This document shows positions 12,099 to 29,500 of a stretch of DNA of 59,092 nucleotides, in pieces. Position numbers and translations under genes: made by a program. Below the pieces are notes generated by a model. That model saw nothing but the letters and a program-made list of their open reading frames with translations, did not search any database and was not told where the DNA came from. This DNA is from Polymyxa betae A26-41 (lineage: Eukaryota; Protista; Endomyxa: Phytomyxea): positions 1 through 59,092 of the forward strand of contig RBZT01000664.1 in assembly GCA_003693705.1 (NCBI GenBank), written 5' to 3'. Position 1 is the first letter of the stretch. Each line of letters opens with the position of its first letter.

Positions 12099-12551
12099 AT
12101 GTTCGCTTCACTAATATTGGTGGCGACCATAGCTCTCGTACGCGCCGAAGTTCAGTCGCGGTCGCCTCCACCGGCAATAACGCCAGACCTAATCTTCGAA
12201 CCCGACTACAAGATTCAATGGACCCCAATGCCAGTGCAGCGAAAGTCGCTGCGATCCGAAGGCGCCTCAGAACGCCGGCCGAGCGCCAGCGGCAACAGTC
12301 GACGAATGGCATCCCCGACCTTCATGGTCCTGCAGAATACTGACATCCATAACGCGGGCAAGACGACTCAACAGCATCCAAATGGAGTTCTGGATCGCAA
12401 CAAGCTGCCTGTGCACAACGAGAACGACATGTGCTTCTCGATTTGCCAAGGTGCAAGGGCGACTTCGGAATTCTGCATCAAATGTCAGAGACGGCAAGCG
12501 GGCCTAAAGGACGGGTCATTAGAGGGAGGATTTCTGCAAAAATCAACTTGA
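12099..12551 (+). CDS. Small putatively secreted protein (~150 aa), unknown function
   Basis: From the second ATG: MFASLILVATIALVRA-EVQ looks like a signal peptide with an AxA-type cleavage site. Pro/Ser-rich middle, C-terminal CxxxC-x8-CxxC, no introns. Confidence 0.6.
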   Translation: MFASLILVATIALVRAEVQSRSPPPAITPDLIFEPDYKIQWTPMPVQRKSLRSEGASERRPSASGNSRRMASPTFMVLQNTDIHNAGKTTQQHPNGVLDRNKLPVHNENDMCFSICQGARATSEFCIKCQRRQAGLKDGSLEGGFLQKST

Positions 12552-13336
12552 TGATAATGGTACCGTTCTCAACGCTAGTTCATACAATCCTTATAAAATA
12601 TTCTCGAACGCAATGCTGAGTTGCAGCAAGCTTCATGATTATCAGCAAAAAAGGAAATTGATAGTCAGGATTTCGGTTTATTGCCGATAGTTGGTGATTC
12701 TGGCTGTGTACCAGCGACGGGGCTTGATTTTGGTGATGGCTGTGCGATCCTTTCAGTCCCGGCTTCCACAAAGAAGGTCATCGGTGAGGAAATGGCATCG
12801 GGCGACGACAGCGGAGTCATCTTATGAAAATGTCGGGATACTTGAGAGTACACCGATGGCGCTGAGAGCCTGACCATGAGTTGGGTGAGTGCCGGTGACA
12901 GCGCCGTCAGCACCCGCGAGCTCCCGTTCGCCCGATCAATCAACACACGCGCGCGCGAACCGATTTCTGACTGATCGGCGTTGTCCGAGATATTATCTGG
13001 GAGTCCCACGTGTCAGGCGAAAGACGACACCATAACAACTTCGTGCAGGAATCTACAAAGCGCCAAATGAATGAAATTGACTCAGGGAAAATTGCGCCAT
13101 ACATACGATGTTAATTTTTGACTGCGCACAGTTCAATGCTTTTTCCTTTGTCAAAACTGAGCCTCTCTCACAGTCGCGCTATTTGTATATTGCGCTGTTC
13201 CTTACTTGAAACTCCGCGCAGCTTGTATAGTTCTAGTCAATTTTAACAAAGTCGAGGGGGGATTGGTTCGCAATGCGATGCGGCAAATGCGGCCTCGTCC
13301 CGTTACGACGAACCACGCGACACGCGTCAAACTATC

Positions 13337-14107
13337 ATGGGCAACGTATTCTCTTGGATCCAGCGATTATGGCGATATTCACATCTGGAAATGGCTATTC
13401 TCGGGCTTGAGAATGCCGGCAAGTCCACTTTAGTCCAGATTATCGCCGGAAACACACTGCCTTGTACGCCTATCTGGTTCTTGACTTCACCGGCTGAAGA
13501 CAGATAGATGCCATCGTTCCTACGGTCGGTTTCACCATGGAGCAGTTCAAACGGGACAACGTTATTATTAAGGTTTGCTTTTTCTCTCTCATTTCAATAT
13601 GCTGAATGCTTCTAGGTATGGGATCTAGCTGGCTCTGCTCGATTTAGGTCAATGTGGCCGCGTTATGTTCGCGGCGTCCAACTGGTGGTTTTCGTTGTGG
13701 TAATTATCTTTAATAAGCTCAAAAGTATTGTTGATAATCTGTTAGGATTGTGCTGATAAAACGGCTTTCTCGACTGCGAAGTCAGCCATGCATGAAATCT
13801 TCCAAAAGTCGCACTTGAAAGATGGTGACTTTGTTTGGAATATCATGAATTCTGTTTGCTGAAAATTCCCAGTTCCTCTTCTGCTGATCGGTAATAAGAC
13901 TGACTTGCCGAATGCAGCATCCGAACAAGAGCTGTTTGAATCTTTGTAAGAAGCAGCATGGGAACGTTGACCGTTTTACATTGACTCGATCGCAGTGATC
14001 TGAAGTCTTTGAAACTCCAGCGTGATGTTCAGATTGTATCAACGTCATGCAAAACGCATGATAATATAGAACAAGTCGTGGATTTTTTAGTAAAGCACTC
14101 AACGTAA
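13337..14107 (+). CDS. ARF-like GTPase, ARL8-like (missed by the ORF track; 6 exons)
   Basis: Spliced: [94 protein letters not shown]. Confidence 0.9.
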
Positions 14108-14431
14108 TGTGATTTAACCCGTTATGTTCAAACATCTTGATTCTGTCCGACTAGCCCATTTTGTTTGAGTTTGCGACAGCTGCAATTTCGTTCACTGCAA
14201 GCCTGATACTGTGCGAACAATTGTCAGTTAATTGCGAAGGTATATCTCTATGGGTTTAGATTCTTGAGGGTGAATTGACAATTCAGCATTATGGATAGCA
14301 AATACTGTAGCAAACCAGCAAACTCGCTGTGAAAAAAACATTTGCTTAAAAAGTGCGCCTGTCGGTTGTCGCAGTGACTTTCCATTTAAACAATCGGTTG
14401 CAGCGCCTTACTTCATCGGCTATCGCTCACT

Positions 14432-15188
14432 ATGGGTCGGAAGTCAAAGCCGAAGCTGAAACCATTCTGCTATTACTGTGAACGCGTCTTTGACGATGAG
14501 ATGGTTCTGGTTACGCATCAGAAGGCGAAACATTTCAAATGCCATCACTGCCAGAAGAAACTCGGCTCTGCTCACTCGTTAACTGTGCATGTTTTCCAGG
14601 TCCACAAAGAGACGCTCAAAGTGTCTGCATATTTGGTCACCGTTAATTTTTCGATTGATTCTTGCTTCTAGAGTACCTAATGCCAAGAAGGGTCGCGATA
14701 GCCTGGAACTCGGCATCTTCGGTATGCAGAATATTCCTCCAGACGTCTTGGCCCAGAAGCAAACCGAACAGTTTGGTGGCCAGCAACCGCCTGCCAAAAA
14801 ACTTAGAAAAGAAGACGAAGCTCCGAACTCTGAATCTGCTCTATCTCCCACTCTAGATGCTGTGGCTCTCACATCGGCGTCGGCTCCTGGAGAGCTTCCA
14901 GCCGTTAATAACGCTGCGTATGCTGTCCATCCATACGCTGGGTACATTCCACCGGCGGCTCCATGGCCTTCGGTTATGCCGACGGTCGTCCCTCCAACCG
15001 CGGCCGAACCCGTTGAGCAAGTTCTCATCTACGACGATGAGAATTTCTCAGTAGAAGAGAAGCGCGCTATTCTTGCCAAGTACAAATCCCAGAATGCCGA
15101 AGCAGCTCTAGACCGCCACGTCAACTCGCTACAGGAGTCGATTCAAGAGCGTCTAAGGAGCTTACAAGCGGAGGGAGCTACTGTGTAA
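14432..15188 (+). CDS. BuGZ/ZNF207/SUF4-like double C2H2 zinc-finger protein
   Basis: [49 protein letters not shown] / [18 protein letters not shown], and C-terminal [15 protein letters not shown]. Confidence 0.93.
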
Positions 15189-15541
15189 ACCAAATTATCA
15201 TAAATATAAATTTTATTTCATTCCTTTAAGAATGGCACTTCGTTGCTTCTGTTAGGGGTCTGAAAGCATTATCGGTCATCTGCAAATTCATGTCGTTGAT
15301 TTTGCAGTTCAAACTGAGAAGGCCAACCACAGCCAAAACAGAAGTAATCCTTCTGTTCTAGTGTTATGTTTGCAAGATTCTAACTAGATAGCCCTGAATT
15401 GCATCGTAGACCAGCTCCATCATGAAGCGAGAAATGATGAGTACGGTGCCATGAAGTGAACAGACAGTGCCAGTTTTTTTATAGGGCCGCTGTCATCAGG
15501 CTCGTCGATCCTGGGCATCGAAGTCGGAGATCATCCAGCTT

Positions 15542-17827
15542 ATGTGGGATGTCCTTCTTCTCTTGATCGTGGTTATCGGTATCGTATTCATCTTGATGAC
15601 GCTCATTAGCCTATGGTCATGTCTCCGCACGCACCGATACAATAAGAAGAATTCCACTCTGGATTCCCATGCGGCATTCGAATCATCGGTGGAAAAGGCG
15701 ATTCGCGTGATCGGGACCGTCAGGTATGTTAGCCGATGATCGCTACAGTGAACTGAGTGTGAACAGAGGCGATCTGGAGTCGAGCCTGTCGTTATCGCTG
15801 CTGCCGCTTTGTTTCCGGCGACGAGAGATCAAGCGGCAGATCGCCGCCCTAAGAGAGGTGGAAGCGCTGTTAGCAGACCCCACCCCATTACATATGCCAG
15901 ATGTATTGCAGGTGAGCCGGACCCCAGCACCCCAGCACCGTCACATTCATAATGTATCGTAGGCTGTTCATAGTGGTGATATCCTGGCCGATAAGGACAT
16001 CGAGGCATGGCTGTCCTACGAGCTGGCCAACCGGTCGCAGATGATCGACAAGTGGCTTGTCAACCGGGAGCAATTTCTGCAATCAGAAGCCCAGAGGAAG
16101 CATCTGAGCCGGTCCCCGTCGATCATCTCCATGCGAGATTCGACGCAAATGTCTACTCATCTGGAGATGATAGGGTCCTGGGACTTCGACGTCTTCAGCC
16201 TTGTCGATCAAGGAAAAGAAGAGGTCGACTGCTTCCAAAATTCTAAGAAGATTGCTCACATTAGCGCAGCTGCCACTGGCCGCTGTCGGATTCTGCTTGT
16301 TTCTGAAACACGATTTGTTTAACAAGCTGAATCTGGATATGGACACAGTCGAAACGCTGATGGCCATGATCGATGATTCGTACACCAAGAATCCGTATCA
16401 CTGCAATTTACATGGCGCTGAAGTCGCCCATACGATCTCGTACATGCTGATGTCGGGTCAGTATGCCCTAATAGCAGTCTGTTTGCTGACAGAAACGCGA
16501 ATTCAGGCGGCTTTTATCATCTGTTGAAACCGACCGACGTCTGTGCCATGATTCTGAGCGCTTTGTGCCATGATATTGCACATCCTGGTCAGACGAATCA
16601 CTATCATATTGCAACACAATCAGAGCTTGCACTCCGATATAATAACATTGCGGTACTGTGCTCAGACTTTTCTCGTCTGTTTTAACAAGCCTTCATTTTT
16701 CATTCATCAAACCTTGTTGGTCAAGTTCTCATGCTTTTCCAGCATTGTTGTAAATGCTTGTATTCGTTCTTCGATTTTTTTTAAGCTATGGATCCAGGTT
16801 TTAGAGAATTTCCACGCTGCATTCACAAGGAAACTATTACGGAAACCGGAAGCGAATATCTTCTCAAAACTCGACGGCCAGGCAGTCAAGGGTAGACGAG
16901 CCATCGTAGTCGTTGTGGTTGCAACCAGGATAACACGCTTGTTCTAGAGGTGGATGAGCTGCTAATTTCCGTCATACTGGCCACCGATATGAGCACGAAC
17001 TTCGAATGCTGCGCCAAATTCAGGAGATCGCAGGCGTCGGCCAGCAGCACTCGCCGTGGAAGCAATTCACGGTCATCGTATGAAGTGACAACCGGAAAAT
17101 CCTCCCTCGTTCTTAAGCGAATATCAGATCGATTGATCCGGTTGACGTTAACGCCATGCTGGCCCACAGGGAAAGTTTCTTCACCATGATACAGATGTGC
17201 ATCAAATGTGCCGATATCTCCCATTGCGTCAAGAAATGGGACATCCATAAACGATTCACGGTAGCGATCATGGATTACGCATATGAAAGAAAGCAACTGA
17301 CCAGAGGCGTTTGCATGCAGGATATGATTGCTGAGGAATTCTACATTCAGGGCGACCTGGAGCGAGAGGCGAGCATCCCGATCTCGCCCTACATGGATCG
17401 GTATGCCCTGAACAATATCGCCAAAAATCAGGTCCGATTCCAATTTGCGGCATTGAACTTGTAGTTACCCATTCTTTTGCATAGATCGGATTCTTCCAGT
17501 TTCTAGTGCAGCCGGTAATCAGCGCTCAAATCGCTAAATGCTTTTAATCATTGTGTCATATAGGCGTGGCAGACCTGGCTGTCGCTGTGTCCTGTTCCTG
17601 GAGCTGAGACCAATCTTGTGTCGAACCTGAAGGAATGGGAGCGTCTGGCTGTCGTGTGGAACGCAACGCATAGCACGCCGGAACCGGTTCAGCACGCTCA
17701 CAGCATGTGTAAGGCGAATACGGCGGCGCAATTCCTGATCGTCGCCGACCATCGCAAAAGCCAGTCGCTGTCGGAGGTAAAGATCCTTCCCTGCCCAGAA
17801 ACGACCCCAATATTAGATAAAGAGTGA
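15542..17827 (+). CDS. 3',5'-cyclic nucleotide phosphodiesterase (class I) with N-terminal transmembrane anchor
   Basis: Motifs WDFDVF, NPYHCNLHGAEVAH, ALCHDIAHPGQTN, VLENFH, ILATDM, IKCADISH, EEFYIQGDLE, SPYMDR, QIGF. The N-terminus is hydrophobic (VLLLLIVVIGIVFILMTLISLW). Confidence 0.93.
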
Positions 17828-17911
17828 TATCGATTTGGCCCGAACGAGGACAGTACCGACTTTGTCCTTTATACAGTATTTAATTGAGCAAGGTAGCAAT
17901 CTGCTCTGAGG

Positions 17912-18577
17912 CTATTCCCGCTCACGTTTGCGACTGCCGCTGGATTCGCGATCATCTCGTCGCTTTTTCGAATGCTCTTCGGGATCCCTCCTGCGTTCAT
18001 GTTTTCGTTTTCGTTTCTTCTCTTTCCTTTTCTTTTCTTCCTTCTCGTGCTTTTTGAGGCTTTTTCTACGTCTCCGACGTTCTTTACTATCGCTAGTGCT
18101 GGAATCGCTTAGCGAATCGAGACCATCCGAATCGTCCAAATCAACAGGCTTGGATAGGTCGGAGTTGAGAAAGTTTCTGCACTGGAATGTGAAATGCCCA
18201 TCCTAAGTACGTTAAAATCAGTATAAACATTGTCCCGTTCTGATAAACGGACCACGATATCATGACGATCCGTTCGAGGGACAACATTACCTCATTGCAT
18301 TTCTTGCAAGAGCCGCGCTTGGGACCTGACGAAGACGATACCATTCTGGTCATGGATCGCAGACGCTCTCTCTCTGCTTCGAGCGTTAACAAGGACGAAC
18401 GGTCGTCGCTAGGAAGCCGATCGCGGCCGATGGTGTCCTATCTGGATCGATCAGCTGAAATGGTGTGGGCGGCAGCATCTGCCAATGGCCTACCCATATC
18501 GCATGCGTCTCCAGGGCTCTAGATCCTTCAATACGGTTATCTGGAGGCATGGGAACGCGACCGGCCGTAGCAGGCAT
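17912..18577 (-). CDS. CAX-interacting protein 4 / SREK1IP1-like zinc-knuckle protein
   Basis: MPATAGRVPMPPDNR N-terminus, spliced RGSCKKCNEVGHFTFQCRNF CCHC knuckle, and an S/D then K/R/E-rich tail. Confidence 0.85.
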
Positions 18578-19658
18578 GCTTATGGACAATGATCTAGCAA
18601 CGGGAACTGCGTGGTTCTGCCTACTTCTGATGACCGAGACCAGATTGAGAAATATAGCGATATGATAAAACCAAGGAGAGAGGTAATACTTATTACAGTA
18701 CGGTACTTAAGAACTCAGAGTTACATTGACGTTACAAATAAAGTGATGCTGGGCTTTTGGATGTTCTCAATAATGAGGTTAACGGACCGTTCCTCTATCA
18801 TTATGTTCATTGTTCGATGACTCCTTGGTATCGATCGCCCTGACGGCAAATGGATATGCTAACTGAAAAAGCGCTGTCAAACAGAAAGCCCCTTTACAAA
18901 GTTTGAATCTTTGTTAAACATCCTTTTTCTGTGGATGACGATCGTGGCAATCGGAAGCGTTAAGCCAACATTATAGAGACTCATTAAAGCTCGTGGTAGC
19001 GGGACAAGACAATGAGCGATGTTGCGGGAGCTGAGAAGTTATACTTTATATTCTTGATTCAGACAGACAGGCATGTCTTGTCCTTTTATGGGGCACACGA
19101 GCCATTTCTGGAATTCTTGGCAATTTGAGCCTACGACGATGACAGCATTTGTCAGCAACCCAATGATGCTGCCTTTCCAGGCTTTTCAAACTATTGTAGC
19201 TACAGCAGCATTTAATAATGATTTCGAGCCAAGATTTTGGCATTCGGGCCTCTAGGCTGGAAAATTTGCATCTACGTTAGCTGAGTGCTGAAGGAATCTG
19301 GGCGCTGTCGTTAATGTTTGGGATTGTTGATAGATGAATAAATGACAGAATCGAACCGGGAAATACACGATAGTCGATAGGTGACTCCAAGGACGCCGTT
19401 TTGCGCATAAGCGAATATCGCACAGTTAGTTGCACTGGTCATGTAAAAACTCGTCTGTTGCACTTAATATAATCACACTCAAGGGAGTATTACATAGACC
19501 AATATCAAGGTCAGCGTTTCCAGTGAGAAGCCCCCAGCAGTGACGTGGCCTGTAACGAGAGGGCTGCGCCATGATACCACAGGCATCTGCCCTCTATATA
19601 GTGATTGGACCCCGATCATTCTTCAAATCGCTCTGTATCTGGCATTAATATCGCTGCT

Positions 19659-21064
<1,406 letters not shown>

Positions 21065-21166
21065 CTCTTTTAAAGTGTCGTTAATATATGCAACGAAGCT
21101 TTACATTATGGAAGATTGACTTTATATTGCAATAGTATATGTCGTATGTGCGTAGGAGAAAGAGTA

Positions 21167-24265
<3,099 letters not shown>

Positions 24266-25015
24266 GTATCAATTATCACTAGCTAAATGGAAGTGATCTG
24301 AACAGATAGATAACGCAACATTAACACCCATCACGGACACTCCAACAATTGATCCTTCATTCTTTACTCGCTGTGGCGTCCTTTGCGTCTGCATTCCATC
24401 TGCTCTTGCTCTGAACAGCTCTCGATTCCGCATAAACCAAAGTTCTGAGCTTTGGGGTCTCTTTACAGTTTTCTCACATCACTTCTATGGTTTTAATGAG
24501 ACAACAAACGTGACTTCTCCAAAAACCAAAATAATGGCTATCCTTACATCCCAGTCGAAGATGACTTCATCCCTTCAAATAATTATGTTTTATGCAATTT
24601 TTTCAGTTAAAAATAAAAAATTTGCAACAGTCATTATTCCCATGTCACCATGTCATCGTCTGTATCGTTTCAAGAATTACGATCAAACTGGTTGGAGTCA
24701 TGTAAGTTAAGCCCAACTATGGCATAAATATGCCATTATTGAACAGATTGCTCATCGTGTTCTCAGACACCGGATGATCTTACAGAAAAGCATTCTTTCA
24801 TCATAGTCCCGTTAGGCGTGCGCAACAACCACACTTCTGAATCGTACAGACCCATATCGAGTTCACGGAAAGTTCAATCAAACATAGCGAATGACTTTAA
24901 TTCCAATTGATAGCGATACTCATTGGTTATCAGACGAAAGCCCAACCATAAAGCCAATGTAGGATATGCTCGTGGCGCGTGCATCCATAAGCAGCCAAGC
25001 TGAGGCCAAGCCTCG

Positions 25016-26475
25016 ATGCCTTTGGACGATCATGCGATTCCCAGAAAGAACCCACGCCAGATCTTCAAGGCCGCCCTCGCCAAGATCAAATCGCATCGAA
25101 AAGCGACCAGCGCCTTAACAGAGACGAGAGCCGCTCTGAAAGAGCGCACTTTAGTAGCCTATCATGTCTCTAGATTTGCTAATCAGGCCAGTCTGCAGAT
25201 TAGTGGTTATGATGCCAATGAAGGACATGGTCGTAGCCGGGTAGTCTCACGTCTAGATCTATCCCCGGCTCAGGTGAAGAAGGCCAGGTCGATTCTCTCG
25301 AAGAAAGGCTCGTGTCGCACGTTCGATGAGGCTGGATACCTGACCAGTTTGATTCGGATTCTGCATGTGGCTGTTGTCAGCGATCTGAACGACGACGAGC
25401 TCATGTATCTATCGACCTGCGTCGAAGGGGTCTCGATCGACGCTGGCCAGAGCGTTTTTGAGGTTGGGGATTTGGGTGATCGATTCTATATCGTCGTTAG
25501 TGGAACCTTGACGGTTCACATCTGGTCATCTGATAAAGAACTCATACAAGTTGGTGTTCTATCATCAGGTATCAGAGATTGGTTTGGTATGAGATCGCCT
25601 GAAATCTGACAGGCCGTGGATTCGGGGAGCGCTCCATTCTGGATCACGAGCCGCGAAAGGCGACGGTTCGATGTTCGCACCCGTCATTGTTGATGTCGTT
25701 GGGCAGCGCTACATTCAATTGGATGATGCAAATATTGTTCGATAAGAAGCTCAATGTCAAACTGGATTTCTTCTCCAGTTTGCCGCTCTGCAGGCGTTGG
25801 CCGAGACGGGATATCTTACGATTCGCATTGCCGTTTGATAGCGCCGATGTTCGACGTGGGACGACAGTCGCGAAGCAGGGAGAATTACGTCAGACGATTG
25901 ATATTATTGTCCAAGGCCAGTTTTCTGTGAAAAGAAACTCGATCCAGATCGCATCGATCGGCCGAGGAATAGTCATCGAAGCGTTCGAAGCGTTAAATGG
26001 TCGACCTTGTACGAACACTGTTGAATGTTCGCCACAACGATCGGCCTCGCTGTATTCGGTGTTGTGCAGTGACCTGACGGCGTCATTACGCTCGTCTCGT
26101 TCTACATGGACTCTATTGCTCGAGCATCTAGAAACGATGTGGCGTCTGATGAATGCCCATTATGAATCAGCAGCGGCAGGGACCAAGCGAAGAGAGCCAG
26201 AGGCGAGTAAGCACAAACCAGCGCTGAACTTTCTGAAGCTGCATCATGCGCTGGAGAGAGATAAAACAGCATCAGCAAATGTTGGCGCCATAACGATTCA
26301 CAACAACAGCTTCCAATCCAACACAAGTCTGGCAAGTTCGCAGAGGTCGCTGGTGAATGTCAGAAGAATCCATTGCGCTCACTGGCAGGTGAAAGCTGAA
26401 GAGGAATTTACATTTCCAGAGCCCTTCCAGTATGCTGTATTGAACAACCCCGAGGAAATCGTTACGCCGAGATAA
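25016..26475 (+). CDS. Cyclic nucleotide-binding domain protein (two CNB domains)
   Basis: FEVGDLGDRFYIVVSG, spliced phosphate-binding cassette GFGERSILDHEPRKATV, and a second domain KQGE...IIVQG. One intron. Confidence 0.85.
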
Positions 26476-26506
26476 AAACGATGTTGACATCGGAAATGAT
26501 AATGAT

Positions 26507-29500
26507 CTAACAATTTATAGGAATACGTTTGATACGCGAACAGTTGCTGACATCTTTGAAGACTCGCCAATAGCAATCGGCATTGTCTCTTTTGCGAAGC
26601 AGTTCGACAAATTCTTCATCGTGTGTGATCAGAATTAGTTGAAAGTTTTCATGACCCTTCCTGCGCTCAATTAAAGCGTTCAGAGCATCGGCCAGAGCGC
26701 GAATATTCGCCTCATCTAGGTTCTGGGGAAATCTTAGATTGATAAAAAGAACCGCACTCGTAGTTCTTACTTGAGTAGGCTCATCTAACGCTAATATTCC
26801 ACATCGAACACAGAATGTTTCCGATAAAGCCTGTAAACGTCGTTTGGATAGGGAGCAACGATGAAAAATAAAGGTACCAGCCGAATAAGTAGAGACGCCA
26901 GAACTCGCTGTCCTGCACTTGATCTGCCTCGCATATCAAGCTCAATATCACCCTGTCCTTAGGATTAGATGTGCATAACCAACGGGAAAATTTTACAACC
27001 TGCATCATTACTAAGCGGTAGCTATATTGCTTTCTTTGACGAGCGGCCCCTAAATCAGCCGCTCCTTCGGCATGGTCTGACCTTATAGCAATGGCGTCAA
27101 TATCATTGCCGCGATATGTACATTGCCAAAGCTCTTTTAAAACCAGATTGATTTCACTAAGGTATTAAATCAGCTAGGTCCTCCCTTGCGTTGATGGTAT
27201 TCACCTCATCTTGATCGAATGGAAATCCATCAAAGACTTATCCAATGCCCTATAATACTGATCCAAGTCAGCCAGCATCATTTTTGTCGACTCCAGGTCG
27301 ATCATGGCATCGCGATGTTTCGTTGCAATGTTCCGGTAACGATCCTCCGCTAATGTGGATTCAAACGATTGCAGTTGGTTCAAAAGCGCAGAATGTTCGC
27401 CTTGGCTTGCAGCACTCACTCTTTCACATTCCAACACCATCTTTTGAGCTTTGTCGTACTCTCTATTTACGACTTCACGAGGACGAAATTTTCGGTTCCC
27501 GTTTCCTTTCAGATTCTCAAGCAAACTGACTTGCTTTTCATACGTTTCAAGGCGTTGCCGATATTCGATATTGTCTTGTAGACTGCGCTGATCAGACTCA
27601 CATTCGGCGATAGCTTTACGTTGCTTCTGTAACTCGATTTGCAGGTCACGAACAGCAGCACGAGCGTTTTGTGATTCAGAGTTCAGTCGAGCAATCGACT
27701 CTTGATTTACTCGTAAAGCTTGTAGTTCTTTCGAGATTTGTTGGAATTCCTGATAAATTATTTGAAGTTGCCGTTGCTGAGATTGAATAGAAATCAATGA
27801 CTCCTCTAGAGATCGAATCTCTGAAGACGATTCAGATTCATATTGTTCCTTTGAAGACAGAAGCGACTGAGCTTGCTTCTGAATGGGCAAGCTGGCTTCT
27901 CGACTCCGGGAGATGGCAGACTCAGATTGGTTCCGGCGTTCTTGATAATCGGCAATGCTTTGCTTCACTTCCTCAATCTTGGTTTCGATGCGAGAAAGCC
28001 CACCAGCTTCGTCACGCAAGAGCTGAACTTTCGCGCGTAATGCCCGAGTAACTCCATCGTTACGTAGCATTTGTGTGCGAACATCGTTGATTTGACTGGA
28101 AAGCTGTTGAGATCGAGACTGGAGAGCGGTATATCGCTGTTGGGTTTCCTCAACGGTTCCAGCCGGAAATGTCTGACAGGCTTCTTCGGATTGCCTTAAG
28201 TCAGATTCAAGACGAAGCATTTCTTTCTCGGAATCCATCAATGATACTAACTGGCCCTGCGCTTGACGCTGCTCTTTCAGAATCCCATCAAAATTCTGCG
28301 ATTTCATCGAGAGTTGGCGAATCTCTTCTTTAAGAAGTCGCTCGCGGTTGTCAGCTTCCTCCAGACCGGAACGAGCTGAGGAAATTTCGGTCTGACAGGA
28401 GTTGATTTTTTGAAATATATCTCGAAATTGCTCCAGCTTGGCAATACGGCGTTCGACTTGCAGCAGCTGGTGTTTATTCGATTGCAGCTCTTCTGGCGAT
28501 CGTAAAGCCCGGACACGTTCGGCGTTGCGAGCGACAAAGCTTTGCAATTCTGACGAGCTGAAAGCACGATCACAAAGTCCACAAGAGTGTGCTGCCGATT
28601 CAGACATAGCATGTTCAGCTTCAGTGCCCCAATCAGCAAACAGATTGGCGAATTCAGTCGCATTCCTAACAAGGGTAAATGCTAAAGAAAATTACGGCAA
28701 GTGTTCTGACCTGATATTGCTATCAAGACGATCGCGTTCCACTTTACGCGCACGAAGAAGCTCCTCGGCTTGCTGAAGGGACGAAATTTTCGCGCTTGCA
28801 ATTTGAAGTCTCAGAGGTGTTATCTGAGATTCCGCCGTTTTCACTGAAAGCGTATCAGTGATCAACATTGATAGAGAGGAAAAACGTCAAACATTGCTGC
28901 GTGAGCGTCTTAAGACGATTTCCTAGCAATAGCAATTCATCCTGCTTGCTTCTTTCATCACGCTTGACTGCATCAGTATGGGCCAATGTTGATGCGAGAG
29001 CACCATCAAGCTCTCGCAGACAGGCTTTCATTTCTGTAGGATGATTGGGACCCAAGACATTCAGAATCTAAGCTCAGAATGAACACAGAGTACGATGGAC
29101 CAAAAATTGGTTTACAACTGCGAAAACAGACTGCTTTGTCTGTTTGAACTTAGACTTCGCTTGCTCGTACAGTTTCTCTTGCACAGCGACTCGGTTGCGA
29201 GCCTCATTGCTACACTGTAGTGCATTTAAAGTCTTGTTAACATTGTTTAGCTCGCTGTTGCAATCTTGCAATTGACGATTGTATTGCTCAATCTGGAGCA
29301 TCAACGATAAGAGACAGAAAAAGTTAGGCAAAATGCTTTCACCTTAAGTTCCAACTGTTCCGAGCCAACTGATTTTAAGTGATTGTCGAGCTCAAGCTGA
29401 GCCTGGCCAGCTTGCTGCTTCAGCGGAAGAACCCTTTCCAGTTTACGCTTCGTAACCGTTAAATCGACATCTAGGTTAGATATATGGCCCTAAATTGTTA

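Noticed and set aside
12665-13009. Minus-strand 114-aa ORF
   Set aside because: Non-ATG start, no motif and no splice support; cannot be called.
18820-19260. Short ORFs between CXIP4 and HPD
   Set aside because: No recognisable motif or consistent exon structure.
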